DNA from: Eledone cirrhosa
Taxonomy: Eukaryota
Reading direction: 5' to 3'
DNA: 64,000 nt
Assembly (NCBI GenBank): GCA_964016885.1
Contig: OZ024744.1
Location: 92,318,001 to 92,382,000, forward strand
Every line of letters begins with the position of its first letter. Positions within the stretch are counted from its first letter, which is position 1. The position numbers were made by a program, and so were the translations under genes. Positions 1 to 15,000 of this stretch are shown here, piece after piece. The notes beneath the pieces were generated by a model. That model had not been told where the DNA came from. It searched no databases and worked only from the letters and a program-made list of their open reading frames with translations.

Positions 1-3000
1 ATTCTTTTACTGGTTTCAGTCATTAGACTGTGGCCATGCTGGGGCACTGCCTTCTTTTACTGGTTTCTGTCATTAGACTGTGGCCATGCTGGGGCAATGC
101 ATTCTTTTACTGGTTTCAGTCGTTAGACTGTGGCCATGCTGGGGCACTGCCTTCTTTTACTGGTTTCAGTCATTAGACTGTGGCCATGCTGGGGCACTGC
201 ATTCTTTTACTGGTTTCTGTCATTTGACTGTGGCCATGCTGAGTCACTGCATTCTTTTACTGGTTTCAGTCATTGGACTGTAGCCATGCTGGGGCACTGC
301 ATTCTTTTACTGGTTTCAGTCATTGGACTGTGGCCATGCTGGGGCACTGCCTTCTTTTACTGGTTCCAGTCATTAGACTGTGGCCATGCTGGGGCACTGC
401 ATTCTTTTACTGGTTTCTGTCATTTGACTGTGGCTATGCTGGGGCACTGCCTACTTTTACTGGTTTCACTCATTGGACTGTGGCCATGCTGGAGCACTGC
501 CTTCTTTTACTGGTTTAAGTCATTAGACTGTGGGCATGCTGTGGCACTGCCTTCTTTTACTGGTTTCAGTCATTAGACTGTGGCCATGCTGGGGCACTGC
601 ATTCTTTTACTGGTTTCAGTCATTAGGCTGTGGCCATGCTGGGGCACTGCCTTCTTTTACTGGTTTCTGTCATTAGACTGTGGCCATGCTGGGGCACTGC
701 ATTCTTTTACTGGTTTCTGTCATTTGACTGTGGCCATGCCAGGTCACTGCACTCTTTTACTGGTTTCAGTCATTGGACTGTGGCCATGCTGGAGCACTGC
801 CTTCTTTTACTGGTTTCAGTCATTAGACTGTGGCCATGCTATGGCACTGCCTTCTTTTACTGGTTTCTGTCATTAGACTGTGGCCATGCTGGGGCAATGC
901 ATTCTTTTACTGGTTTCAGTCGTTAGACTGTGGCCATGCTGGGGCACTGCCTTCTTTTACTGGTTTCAGTCATTAGACTGTGGCCATGCTGGGGCACTGC
1001 ATTCTTTTACTGGTTTCTTTCATTTGACTGTGGCCATGCTGGGTCACTGCATTCTTTTACTGGTTTCAGTCATTGGACTGTAGCCATGCTGGGGCACTGC
1101 CTTCTTTTACTGGTTTCTGTCATTAGACTGTGGCCATGCTGGGGCACTCCCTTCTTTTACTGGTTTCAGTCATTAGACTGTAGCCATGCTGGGGCACTGC
1201 CTTCTTTTACTGGTTTCAGTCATTAGGCTGTGGCCATGCTGGGGCACTGCCTTCTTTTACTGGTTTCAGTCATTGGACTGTGGCCATGCTGGGGCACTGC
1301 CTTCTTTTACTGGTTTCAGTCATAAGACTGTGGCCATGCTGGGGCACTGCATTCTTGGACTGGTTTCTGTCATTTGACTGTGGCCATGCTGGGTCAATGC
1401 ATTCTTTTACTGGTTTCAGTCATTGGACTGTAGCCATGCTGGGGCACGGCATTCTTTTACTGGTTTCAGTCATTGGACTGTGGCCATGTTGGGGCACTGC
1501 ATTCTTTTACTGGTTTCAGTCATTAGACTGTGGCCATGCTGGAGCACTGCATTCTTTTACTGGTTTCAGTCATTAGACTCTGGCCATGTTTGGGCACTGC
1601 CTTCTTTTACTGGTTTCAGTTACTAGTCTGTGGCCATGCTGGGGCACTGCCTTCTTTTACTGGTTTCTGTCATTAGACTGTGGCCATGCTGGGGCACTCC
1701 CTTCTTTTACTGGTTTCAGTCATTGGAATGTGGCCATGCTGGGGCACTGCCTTCTTTTACTGGTTTCAGTCATAAGACTGTGGCCATGCTGGGGCACTGC
1801 CTTCTTTTACTGGTTTCAGTCATTAGACTGTGGCCATGCTGTGGCACTGCATTCTTTTACTGGTTTCAGTCATTGGACTGTGGCCATGCTGGGGCACTGT
1901 CTTCTTTTACTGGTTTCAGTCATTAGACTGTGGCCATGCTGGGGCACTGCATTCTTTTACTGGTTTCTGTCATTTGACTGTGGCCATGCTGGGTCACTGC
2001 ATTCTTTTACTGGTTTCAGTCATTGGACTGTAGCCATGCTGGGGCACTGCCTTCTTTTACTGGTTTCTGTCATTTGACTGTGGCCATGCTGGGGCACTGC
2101 ATTCTTTTACTGGTTTCAGTCATTGGACTGTGGCCATGCTGGGGCACTGCCTTCTTTTACTGGTTCCAGTCATTAGACTGTAGCCATGCTGGGGCACTGC
2201 ATTGTTTTACTGGTTTCAGTCATTAGACTCTGGCCATGCTGGGGCACTGCCTTCTTTTACTGGTTTCAGTCATTGGACTGTGGCCATGCTGGGGCACTGC
2301 ATCCTTTTACTGGTTTCAGTCATTAGACTGTGGCCATGCTGGGGCACTGCATTCTTTTGCTGGTTTCAATCATTGGGCTGTGGCCATGCTGGTGCTCTGC
2401 ATCCTTTTACTGGTTTCAGTCATTAGACTGTGGCCATGCTGGGGCACTGCCTTCTTTTAATGGTTTTAGTCTTTGGACTGTGGCCATGTTGGGGCACTGC
2501 ATTATTTTACTGGTTTCAGTCATTGGACTGTGGCCATGCTGGGGCACTGCATCCTTTTACTGGTTTCAGTCATTAAACTCAGGCCATGCTGGGGCACTGC
2601 ATTCTTTTACTGTTTCAGTCATTAGACTGTGGCCATGCTGGGGCACTGCCTTCTTTTAATGGTTTTAACCATTGGACTGTGGCCATGTTGGGGCACTGCA
2701 TTATTTTACTGGTTTCAGTCATTGGACTGTGGCCATGTTGGGGCACTGCATCCTTTTACTGGTTTCAGTCATTAGACTGTGGCCATGCTGGGGCACTGCG
2801 TTCTTTTACTGGTTTCAGTCATTACACTGTGGCCATGCTGGGGCACTGTCTTCGTTTACTAGTTTCAGTCATTAGACTGTGGCCATGCTGGGGCACTGCC
2901 TTCTTTTACTGGTTTCTGTCATTAGACTGTGGCCATGCTGGGGCACTGCCTTCTTTTACTGGTTTCAGTCATTGGACTGTGGCCATGCTGGGGCACTGCA

Positions 3001-6000
3001 GTCTTTTACTGGTTTCAGTCATTGGACTGTGGCCATGCTGGGGCACTGCCTTCTTTTACTGGTTTCAGTCATTGGAATGTGGCCATGCTGGGGCACAGCA
3101 TTCTTTTACCGGTTTCAGTCATTGGAGTGTGGCCATGCTGGGGCACTGCATTCTTTTACTGGTTTCAGTCATTGGACTGTAGCCATGCTGGGGCACTGCC
3201 TTCTTTTACTGGTTTCAGTCATAAGACTGTGGCCATGCTGGGGCACTGCATTCTTGAACTGGTTTATGTCATTTGACTGTGGCCATGCTGGGGCACTGCA
3301 TTCTTTTACTGGTTTCAGTCATTGGACTGTAGCCATGCTGGGGCACTGCCTTCTTTTACTGGTTTCAGTCATAAGACTGTGGCCATGCTGGGGCACTGCA
3401 TTCTTGGACTGGTTTCTGTCGTTTGACTGTGGCCATGCTGGGGCACTGCATTCTTTTACTGGTTTCAGTCATTAGACTCTGGCCATGCTGGGGCACTGCA
3501 TTCTTTTACTGGTTTCAGTCATTGGACTGTGGCCATGCTGGGGCACTGCCTTCTTTTACTGGTTTCAGTCATTAGACTCTGGCCATGCTTGGGCACTGCC
3601 TTCTTTTACTGGTCTCAGTTACTAGTCTGTGGCCATGCTGGGGCACAGCCTTCTTTTACTGGTTTCTGTCATTAGACTGTGGCCATGCTGGGGCACTGCC
3701 TTCTTTTACTGGTTTCAGTCATTAGACTGTGGCCATGCTGTGGCACTGCATTCTTTTACTGGTTTCAGTCATTGGACTGTGGCCATGCTGGGGCACTGCC
3801 TTCTTTTACTGGTTTCAGTCATTGGACTGTGGCCATGCTGGGGCACTGCCTTCTTTTACTGGTTTCAGTCATTGGACTGTGGCCATGCTGGGGCACTGCC
3901 ATCTTTTACTGGTTTCAGTCATTAGACTGTGGCCATGCTGGAGCACTGCCTTCTTTTACTGGTTTCAGTCATTAGACTGTGGCTATGCTGGGGCACTGCC
4001 TACTTTTACTGGTTTCAGTCATTGGACTGTGGCCATGCTGGGGCACTGCCTTCTTTTACTGGTTTCTGTCATTAGACTGTGGCCATGCTGGGGCACTGCC
4101 TTCTTTTACTGGTTTCAGTCATTAGACTGTGGCCATGCTGGGGCACTGCCTTCTCTTACTGGTTTCAGTCATTAGATTGTGGCCATGCTGGGGCACTGCC
4201 TTCTTTTACTGGTTTCAGTCATTAGACTGTGGCCATGCTGGGGCACTGCCTACTTTTACTGGTTTCAGTCATTGGACTGTGGCCATGCTGGAGCACTGCC
4301 TTCTCTTACTGGTTTCAGTCATTAGATTGTGGCTATGCTGGGGCACTGCATTCTTTTACTGGTTTCTGTCATTAGACTGTGGCCATGCTGGGGCACTGCC
4401 TTCTTTTACTGGTTTCTGTCATTAGACTGTGGCCATGCTGGGGCAATGCATTCTTTTACTGGTTTCAGTCGTAAGACTGTGGCCATGCTGGGGCACTGCC
4501 TTCTTTTACTGGTTTCAGTCATTAGACTGTGGCCATGCTGGGGCACTGCCTTCTTTTACTGGTTTCTGTCATTAGACTGTGGCCATGCTGGGGCACTGCC
4601 TTCTTTTACTGGTTTCAGTCATTAGACTGTGGCCATGCTGGAGCACTGCCTTCTCTTACTGGTTTCAGTCATTGGACTGTGGCCATGCTGGGGCACTGCC
4701 TTCTTTTACTGGTTTCAGTCATTAGACTGTGGCTATGCTGGGGCACTGCCTACTTTTACTGGTTTCAGTCATTGGACTGTGGCCATGCTGGAGCACTGCC
4801 TTCTCTTACTGGTTTCAGTCATTAGATTGTGGCTATGCTGGGGCACTGCATTCATTTACTGGTTTCTGTCATTAGACTGTGGCCATGCTGGGGCACTGCC
4901 TTCTTTTACTGGTTTCTGTCATTAGACTGTGGCCATGCTGGGGCAATGCATTCTTTTACTGGTTTCAGTCGTAAGACTGTGGCCATGCTGGGGCACTGCC
5001 TTCTTTTACTGGTTTCAGTCATTAGACTGTGGCCATGCTGGGGCACTGCATTCTTTTGCTGGTTTCTGTCATTTGACTGTGGCCATGCTGGGTCACTGCA
5101 TTCTTTTACTGGTTTCAGTCATTGGACTGTAGCCATGCTGGGGCACTGCCTTCTTTTACTGGTTTCTGTCATTAGACTGTGGCCATGCTGGGGCACTCCC
5201 TTCTTTTACTGGTTTCAGTCATTAGACTGTAGCCATGCTGGGGCACTGCCTTCTTTTACTGGTTTCAGTCATTAGGCTGTGGCCATGCTGGGGCACTGCC
5301 TTCTTTTACTGGTTTCAGTCATTGGACTGTGGCCATGCTGGGGCACTGCCTTCTTTTACTGGTTTCAGTCATTAGACTGTGGCCATGCTGGAGCACTGCA
5401 TTCTTTTACTGGTTTCAGTCATTAGACTCTAGCCATGCTGGGGCACTGCATTCTTTTACTGGTTTCAGTCATTAGACTCTGGCCATGCTTGGGCACTGCC
5501 TTCTTTTACTGGTTTCAGTTAATAGTCTGTGGCCATGCTGGGGCACTGCCTTCTTTTACTGGTTTCTGTCATTAGACTGTGGCCATGCTGGGGCACTCCC
5601 TTCTTTTACTGGTTTCAGTCATTGGACTGTGGCCATGCTGGGGCACTGCCTTCTTTTACTGGTTTCAGTCATAAGACTGTGGCCATGCTGGGGCACTGCC
5701 TTCTTTTACTGGTTTCAGTCATTAGACTGTGGCCATGCTGTGGCACTGCATTCTTTTACTGGTTTCAGTCATTGGACTGTGGCCATGCTGGCGCACTGCC
5801 TTCTTTTACTGGTTTCAGTCATTGGACTGTGGCCATGCTGGGGCACTGCCTTCTTTTACTGGTTTCAGTCATTGGACTGTGGCCATGCTGGGGCACTGCC
5901 TTCTTTTACTGGTTTCAGTCATTAGACTGTGGCCATGCTGGAGCACTGCCTTCTTTTACTGGTTTCAGTCATTAGACTGTGGCTATGCTGGGGCACTGCC

Positions 6001-9000
6001 TACTTTTACTGGTTTCAGTCATTGGACTGTGGCCATGCTGGGGCACTGCCTTCTTTTACTGGTTTCAGTCATTGGACTGTGGCCATGCTGGGGCACTGCC
6101 TTCTTTTACTGGTTTCTGTCATTAGACTGTGGCGATGCTGGGGCACTGCCTTCTTTTACTGGTTTCAGTCATTAGACTGTGGCCATGCTGGAGCACTGCC
6201 TTCTTTTACTGGTTTCAGTCATTAGACTGTGGCCATGCTGTGGCACTGCCTTCTTTTACTGGTTTCTGTCATTAGACTGTGGCTATGCTGGGGCACTGCC
6301 TACTTTTACTGGTTTCAGTCATTGGACTGTGGCCATGCTGGAGCACTGCCTTCTTTTACTGGTTTCAGTCATTAGACTGTGGCCATGCTGTGGCACTGCC
6401 TTCTTTTACTGGTTTCTGTCATTAGACTGTGGCCATGCTGGGGCACTGCATTCTTTTACTGGTTTCAGTCATTAGACTGTGGCCATGCTGGGGCACTGCC
6501 TTCTTTTACTGGTTTCAGTCATTAGACTGTGGCCATGCTGGAGCACTGCCTTCTCTTACTGGTTTCAGTCATTGGACTGTGGCCATGCTGGGGCACTGCC
6601 TTCTTTTACTGGTTTCAGTCATTAGACTGTGGCTATGCTGGGGCACTGCCTACTTTTACTGGTTTCAGTCATTGGACTGTGGCCATGCTGGAGCACTGCC
6701 TTCTCTTACTGGTTTCAGTCATTAGATTGTGGCTATGCTGGGGCACTGCATTCTTTTACTGGTTTCTGTCATTAGACTGTGGCCATGCTGGGGCACTGCC
6801 TTCTTTTACTGGTTTCTGTCATTAGACTGTGGCCATGCTGGGGCAATGCATTCTTTTACTGGTTTCAGTCGTAAGACTGTGGCCATGCTGGGGCACTGCC
6901 TTCTTTTACTGGTTTCAGTCATTAGACTGTGACCATGCTGGGGCACTGCATTCTTTTGCTGGTTTCTGTCATTTGACTGTGGCCATGCTGGGTCACTGCA
7001 TTCTTTTACTGGTTTCAGTCATTGGACTGTAGCCATGCTGGGGCACTGCCTTCTTTTACTGGTTTCTGTCATTAGACTGTGGCCATGCTGGGGCACTCCC
7101 TTCTTTTACTGGTTTCAGTCATTAGACTGTAGCCATGCTGGGGCACTGCCTTCTTTTACTGGTTTCAGTCATTAGGCTGTGGCCATGCTGGGGCACTGCC
7201 TTCTTTTATTGGTTTCAGTCATTGGACTGTGGCCATGCTGGGGCACTGCCTTCTTTTACTGGTTTCAGTCATTAGACTGTGGCCATGCTGGAGCACTGCA
7301 TTCTTTTACTGGTTTCAGTCATTAGACTCTAGCCATGCTGGGGCACTGCATTCTTTTACTGGTTTCAGTCATTAGACTCTGGCCATGCTTGGGCACTGCC
7401 TTCTTTTACTGGTTTCAGTTAATAGTCTGTGGCCATGCTGGGGCACTGCCTTCTTTTACTGGTTTCTGTCATTAGACTGTGGCCATGCTGGGGCACTCCC
7501 TTCTTTTACTGGTTTCAGTCATTGGACTGTGGCCATGCTGGGGCACTGCCTTCTTTTACTGGTTTCAGTCATAAGACTGTGGCCATGCTGGGGCACTGCC
7601 TTCTTTTACTGGTTTCAGTCATTAGACTGTGGCCATGCTGTGGCACTGCATTCTTTTACTGGTTTCAGTCATTGGACTGTGGCCATGCTGGCGCACTGCC
7701 TTCTTTTACTGGTTTCAGTCATTGGACTGTGGCCATGCTGGGGCACTGCCTTCTTTTACTGGTTTCAGTCATTGGACTGTGGCCATGCTGGGGCACTGCC
7801 TTCTTTTACTGGTTTCAGTCATTAGACTGTGGCCATGCTGGAGCACTGCCTTCTTTTACTGGTTTCAGTCATTGGACTGTGGCTATGCTGGGGCACTGCC
7901 TACTTTTACTGGTTTCAGTCATTGGACTGTGGCCATGCTGGGACACTGCCTTCTTTTACTGGTTTCTGTCATTAGACTGTGGCGATGCTGGGGCACTGCC
8001 TTCTTTTACTGGTTTCAGTCATTAGACTGTGGCCATGCTGGAGCACTGCCTTCTTTTACTGGTTTCAGTCATTAGACTGTGGCCATGCTGTGGCACTGCC
8101 TTCTTTTACTGGTTTCTGTCATTAGACTGTGGCTATGCTGGGGCACTGCCTACTTTTACTGGTTTCAGTCATTGGACTGTGGCCATGCTGGAGCACTGCC
8201 TTCTTTTACTGGTTTCAGTCATTAGACTGTGGCCATGCTGTGGCACTGCCTTCTTTTACTGGTTTCTGTCATTAGACTGTGGCAATGCTGGGGCACTGCA
8301 TTCTTTTACTGGTTTCAGTCATTAGACTGTGGCCATGCTGGGGCACTGCCTTCTTTTACTGGTTTCTGTCATTAGACTGTGGCCATGCTGGGGCAATGCA
8401 TTCTTTTACTGGTTTCAGTCGTTAGACTGTGGCCATGCTGGGGCAGTGCCTTCTTTTACTGGTTTCAGTCATTAGACTGTGGCCATGCTGGGGCACTGCA
8501 TTCTTTTACTGGTTTCTGTCATTTGACTGTGGCCATGCTGGGTCACTGCATTCTTTTACTGGTTTCAGTCAATGGACTGTAGCCATGCTGGGGCACTGCA
8601 TTCTTTTACTGGTTTCTGTCATTAGACTGTGGCCATGCTGGGGCACTGCATTCTTTTACTGGTTTCTGTCATTTGACTGTGGCTATGCTGGGGCACTGCC
8701 TACTTTTACTGGTTTCAGTCATTGGACTGTGGCCATGCTGGAGCACTGCCTTCTTTTACTGGTTTAAGTCATTAGACTGTGGCCATGCTGTGGCACTGCC
8801 TTCTTTTACTGGTTTCTGTCATTAGACTGTGGCCATGCTGGGGCACTGCATTCTTTTACTGGTTTCAGTCATTAGGCTGTGGCCATGCTGGGGCACTGCA
8901 TTCTTTTGCTGGTTTCTGTCATTTGACTGTGGCCATGCTGGGTCACTGCATTCTTTTACTGGTTTCAGTCATTGGACTGTAGCCATGCTGGGGCACTGCC

Positions 9001-12000
9001 TTCTTTTACTGGTTTCTGTCATTAGACTGTGGCCATGCTGGGGCACTCCCTTCTTTTACTGGTTTCAGTCATTAGACTGTAGCCATGCTGGGGCACTGCA
9101 TTCTTTTGCTGGTTTCTGTCATTTGACTGTGGCCATGCTGGGTCACTGCATTCTTTTACTGGTTTCAGTCATTGGACTGTAGCCATGCTGGGGCACTGCC
9201 TTCTTTTACTGGTTTCTGTCATTAGACTGTGGCCATGCTGGGGCACTCCCTTCTTTTACTGGTTTCAGTCATTAGACTGTAGCCATGCTGGGGCACTGCC
9301 TTCTTTTACTGGTTTCAGTCATTAGGCTGTGGCCATGCTGGGGCACTGCCTTCTTTTATTGGTTTCAGTCATTGGACTGTGGCCATGCTGGGGCACTGCC
9401 TTCTTTTACTGGTTTCAGTCATTAGACTGTGGCCATGCTGGAGCACTGCATTCTTTTACTGGTTTCAGTCATTAGACTCTAGCCATGCTGGGGCACTGCA
9501 TTCTTTTACTGGTTTCAGTCATTAGACTCTGGCCATGCTTGGGCACTGCCTTCTTTTACTGGTTTCAGTTAATAGTCTGTGGCCATGCTGGGGCACTGCC
9601 TTCTTTTACTGGTTTCTGTCATTAGACTGTGGCCATGCTGGGGCACTCCCTTCTTTTACTGGTTTCAGTCATTGGACTGTGGCCATGCTGGGGCACTGCC
9701 TTCTTTTACTGGTTTCAGTCATAAGACTGTGGCCATGCTGGGGCACTGCCTTCTTTTACTGGTTTCAGTCATTAGACTGTGGCCATGCTGTGGCACTGCA
9801 TTCTTTTACTGGTTTCAGTCATTGGACTGTGGCCATGCTGGCGCACTGCCTTCTTTTACTGGTTTCAGTCATTGGACTGTGGCCATGCTGGGGCACTGCC
9901 TTCTTTTACTGGTTTCAGTCATTGGACTGTGGCCATGCTGGGGCACTGCCTTCTTTTACTGGTTTCAGTCATTAGACTGTGGCCATGCTGGAGCACTGCC
10001 TTCTTTTACTGGTTTCAGTCATTGGACTGTGGCTATGCTGGGGCACTGCCTACTTTTACTGGTTTCAGTCATTGGACTGTGGCCATGCTGGGACACTGCC
10101 TTCTTTTACTGGTTTCTGTCATTAGACTGTGGCGATGCTGGGGCACTGCCTTCTTTTACTGGTTTCAGTCATTAGACTGTGGCCATGCTGGAGCACTGCC
10201 TTCTTTTACTGGTTTCAGTCATTAGACTGTGGCCATGCTGTGGCACTGCCTTCTTTTACTGGTTTCTGTCATTAGACTGTGGCTATGCTGGGGCACTGCC
10301 TACTTTTACTGGTTTCAGTCATTGGACTGTGGCCATGCTGGAGCACTGCCTTCTTTTACTGGTTTCAGTCATTAGACTGTGGCCATGCTGTGGCACTGCC
10401 TTCTTTTACTGGTTTCTGTCATTAGACTGTGGCAATGCTGGGGCACTGCATTCTTTTACTGGTTTCAGTCATTAGACTGTGGCCATGCTGGGGCACTGCC
10501 TTCTTTTACTGGTTTCTGTCATTAGACTGTGGCCATGCTGGGGCAATGCATTCTTTTACTGGTTTCAGTCGTTAGACTGTGGCCATGCTGGGGCAGTGCC
10601 TTCTTTTACTGGTTTCAGTCATTAGACTGTGGCCATGCTGGGGCACTGCATTCTTTTACTGGTTTCTGTCATTTGACTGTGGCCATGCTGGGTCACTGCA
10701 TTCTTTTACTGGTTTCAGTCAATGGACTGTAGCCATGCTGGGGCACTGCATTCTTTTACTGGTTTCTGTCATTAGACTGTGGCCATGCTGGGGCACTGCA
10801 TTCTTTTACTGGTTTCAGTCATTGGACTGTAGCCATGCTGGGGCACTGCATTCTTTTACTGGTTTCAGTCATTGGACTGTGGCCATGCTGGGGCACTGCT
10901 TTCTTTTACTGGTTCCAGTCATTAGACTGTGGCCATGCTGGGGCACTGCATTCTTTTACTGGTTTCTGTCATTTGACTGTGGCTATGCTGGGGCACTGCC
11001 TACTTTTACTGGTTTCAGTCATTGGACTGTGGCCATGCTGGAGCACTGCCTTCTTTTACTGGTTTAAGTCATTAGACTGTGGCCATGCTGTGGCACTGCC
11101 TTCTTTTACTGGTTTCTGTCATTAGACTGTGGCCATGCTGGGGCACTGCATTCTTTTACTGGTTTCAGTCATTAGGCTGTGGCCATGCTGGGGCACTGCC
11201 TTCTTTTACTGGTTTCTGTCATTAGACTGTGGCCATGCTGGGGCACTGCATTCTTTTACTGGTTTCTGTCATTTGACTGTGGCCATGCCAGGTCACTGCA
11301 TTCTTTTACTGGTTTCAGTCATTGGACTGTGGCCATGCTGGAGCACTGCCTTCTTTTACTGGTTTCAGTCATTAGACTGTGGCCATGCTGTGGCACTGCC
11401 TTCTTTTACTGGTTTCTGTCATTAGACTGTGGCCATGCTGGGGCAATGCATTCTTTTACTGGTTTCAGTCGTTAGACTGTGGCCATGCTGGGGCACTGCC
11501 TTCTTTTACTGGTTTCAGTCATTAGACTGTGGCCATGCTGGGGCACTGCATTCTTTTACTGGTTTCTGTCATTTGACTGTGGCCATGCTGGGTCACTGCA
11601 TTCTTTTACTGGTTTCAGTCATTGGACTGTAGCCATGCTGGGGCACTGCCTTCTTTTACTGGTTTCTGTCATTAGACTGTGGCCATGCTGGGGCACTCCC
11701 TTCTTTTACTGGTTTCAGTCATTAGACTGTAGCCATGCTGGGGCACTGCCTTCTTTTACTGGTTTCAGTCATTAGGCTGTGGCCATGCTGGGGCACTGCC
11801 TTCTTTTACTGGTTTCAGTCATTGGACTGTGGCCATGCTGGGGCACTGCCTTCTTTTACTGGTTTCAGTCATAAGACTGTGGCCATGCTGGGGCACTGCA
11901 TTCTTGGACTGGTTTCTGTCATTTGACTGTGGCCATGCTGGGTCACTGCATTCTTTTACTGGTTTCAGTCATTGGACTGTAGCCATGCTGGGGCACTGCA

Positions 12001-15000
12001 TTCTTTTACTGGTTTCAGTCATTGGACTGTGGCCATGCTGGGGCACTGCATTCTTTTACTGGTTTCAGTCATTAGACTGTGGCCATGCTGGAGCACTGCA
12101 TTCTTTTACTGGTTTCAGTCATTAGACTCTGGCCATGCTTGGGCACTGCCTTCTTTTACTGGTTTCAGTTACTAGTCTGTGGCCATGCTGGGACACTGCC
12201 TTCTTTTACTGGTTTCTGTCATTAGACTGTGGCCATGCTGGGGCACTCCCTTCTTTTACTGGTTTCAGTCATTGGACTGTGGCCATGCTGGGGCACTGCC
12301 TTCTTTTACTGGTTTCAGTCATAAGACTGTGGCCATGCTGGGGCAATGCCTTCTTTTACTGGTTTCAGTCATTAGACTGTGGCCATGCTGTGGCACTGCA
12401 TTCTTTTACTGGTTTCAGTCATTGGACTGTGGCCATGCTGGGGCACTGTCTTCTTTTACTGGTTTCAGTCATTAGACTGTGGCCATGCTGGGGCACTGCA
12501 TTCTTTTACTGGTTTCTGTCATTTGACTGTGGCCATGCTGGGTCACTGCATTCTTTTACTGGTTTCAGTCATTGGACTGTAGCCATGCTGGGGCACTGCC
12601 TTCTTTTACTGGTTTCTGTCATTTGACTGTGGCCATGCTGGGTCACTGCATTCTTTTACTGGTTTCAGTCATTGGACTGTAGCCATGCTGGGGCACTGCA
12701 TTCTTTTACTGGTTTCAGTCATTGGACTGTGGCCATGCTGGGGCACTGCCTTCTTTTACTGGTTCCAGTCATTAGACTGTGGCCATGCTGGGTCACTGCA
12801 TTCTTTTACTGGTTTCAGTCATTGGACTGTAGCCATGCTGGGGCACTGCCTTCTTTTACTGGTTTCAGTCATTGGACTGTGGCCATGCTGGGGCACTGCC
12901 TTCTTTTACTGGTTTCAGTCATTGGACTGTGGCCATGCTGGGGCACTGCCTTCTTTTACTGGTTTCAGTCATTAGACTGTGGCTATGCTGGGGCACTGCC
13001 TACTTTTACTGGTGTCAGTCATTGGACTGTGGCCATGCTGGGACACTGCTTTCTTTTACTGGTTTCAGTCATTGGACTGTAGCCATGCTGGGGCACTGCC
13101 TTCTTTTACTGGTTTCAGTCATTAGGCTGTGGCCATGCTGGGGCACTGCCTTCTTTTACTGGTTTCTGTCATTAGACTGTGGCCATGCTGGGTCACTGCA
13201 TTCTTTTACTGGTTTCTGTCATTTGACTGTGGCCATGCCAGGTCACTGCATTCTTTTACTGGTTTCAGTCATTAGACTGTGGCCATGCTGGAGCACTGCC
13301 TTCTTTTACTGGTTTCAGTCATTAGACTGTGGCCATGCTGTGGCACTGCCTTCTTTTACTGGTTTCTGTCATTAGACTGTGGCCATGCTGGGGCACTGCC
13401 TTCTTTTACTGGTTTCAGTCATAAGACTGTGGCCATGCTGGGGCAATGCCTTCTTTTACTGGTTTCAGTCATTAGACTGTGGCCATGCTGTGGCACTGCA
13501 TTCTTTTACTGGTTTCAGTCATTGGACTGTGGCCATGCTGGGGCACTGTCTTCTTTTACTGGTTTCAGTCATTAGACTGTGGCCATGCTGGGGCACTGCA
13601 TTCTTTTACTGGTTTCTGTCATTTGACTGTGGCCATGCTGGGTCACTGCATTCTTTTACTGGTTTCAGTCATTGAACTGTAGCCATGCTGGGGCACTGCC
13701 TTCTTTTACTGGTTTCTGTCATTTGACTGTGGCCATGCTGGGTCACTGCATTCTTTTACTGGTTTCAGTCATTGGACTGTAGCCATGCTGGGGCACTGCA
13801 TTCTTTTACTGGTTTCAGTCATTGGACTGTGGCCATGCTGGGGCACTGCCTTCTTTTACTGGTTCCAGTCATTAGACTGTGGCCATGCTGGGTCACTGCA
13901 TTCTTTTACTGGTTTCAGTCATTGGACTGTAGCCATGCTGGGGCACTGCCTTCTTTTACTGGTTTCAGTCATTGGACTGTGGCCATGCTGGGGCACTGCC
14001 TTCTTTTACTGGTTTCAGTCATTGGACTGTGGCCATGCTGGGGCACTGCCTTCTTTTACTGGTTTCAGTCATTAGACTGTGGCTATGCTGGGGCACTGCC
14101 TACTTTTACTGGTGTCAGTCATTGGACTGTGGCCATGCTGGGACACTGCTTTCTTTTACTGGTTTCAGTCATTGGACTGTAGCCATGCTGGGGCACTGCC
14201 TTCTTTTACTGGTTTCAGTCATTGCACTGTGGCCAGGCTGGGGCACTGCCTTCTTTTACTGGTTTCTGTCATTAGACTGTGGCCATGCTGGGTCACTGCA
14301 TTCTTTTACTGGTTTCAGTCATTGGACTGTAGCCATGCTGGGGCACTGCCTTCTTTTACTGGTTTCAGTCATTAGACTGTGGCCATGCTGGGGCACTGCC
14401 TTCTTTTACTGGTTCCAGTCATTAGACTGTGGCCATGCTGGGGCACTGCCTTCTATTACTGGTTTCAGTCATTGGACTGTGGCCATGCTGGGGCACTGCC
14501 TTCTTTTACTGGTTCCAGTCATTAGACTGTGGCCATGCTGGGGCACTGCATTCTTTTACTGGTTTCAGTCATTGGACTGTGGCCATGCTGGGGCACTGCC
14601 TTCTTTTACTGGTTCCAGTCATTAGACTGTGGCCATGCTGGGGCACTGCATTCTTTTACTGGTTTCAGTCATTGGACTGTGGCCATGCTGGGGCACTGCC
14701 TTCTTTTACTGGTTCCAGTCATTAGACTGTGGCCATGCTGGGGCACTGCCTTCTTTTACTGGTTTCAGTCATTGGACTGTGGCCATGCTGGGGCACTGCC
14801 TTCTTTTACTGGTTCCAGTCATTAGACTGTGGCCATGCTGGGGCACTGCATTCTTTTACTGGTTTCTGTCATTTGACTGTGGCCATGCTGGGGCACTGCA
14901 TTCTTTTACTGGTTTCAGTCATTGGACTGTAGCCATGCTGGGGCACTGCATTCTTTTACTGGTTTCAGTCATTAGACTGTGGCCATGCTGGGTCACTGCA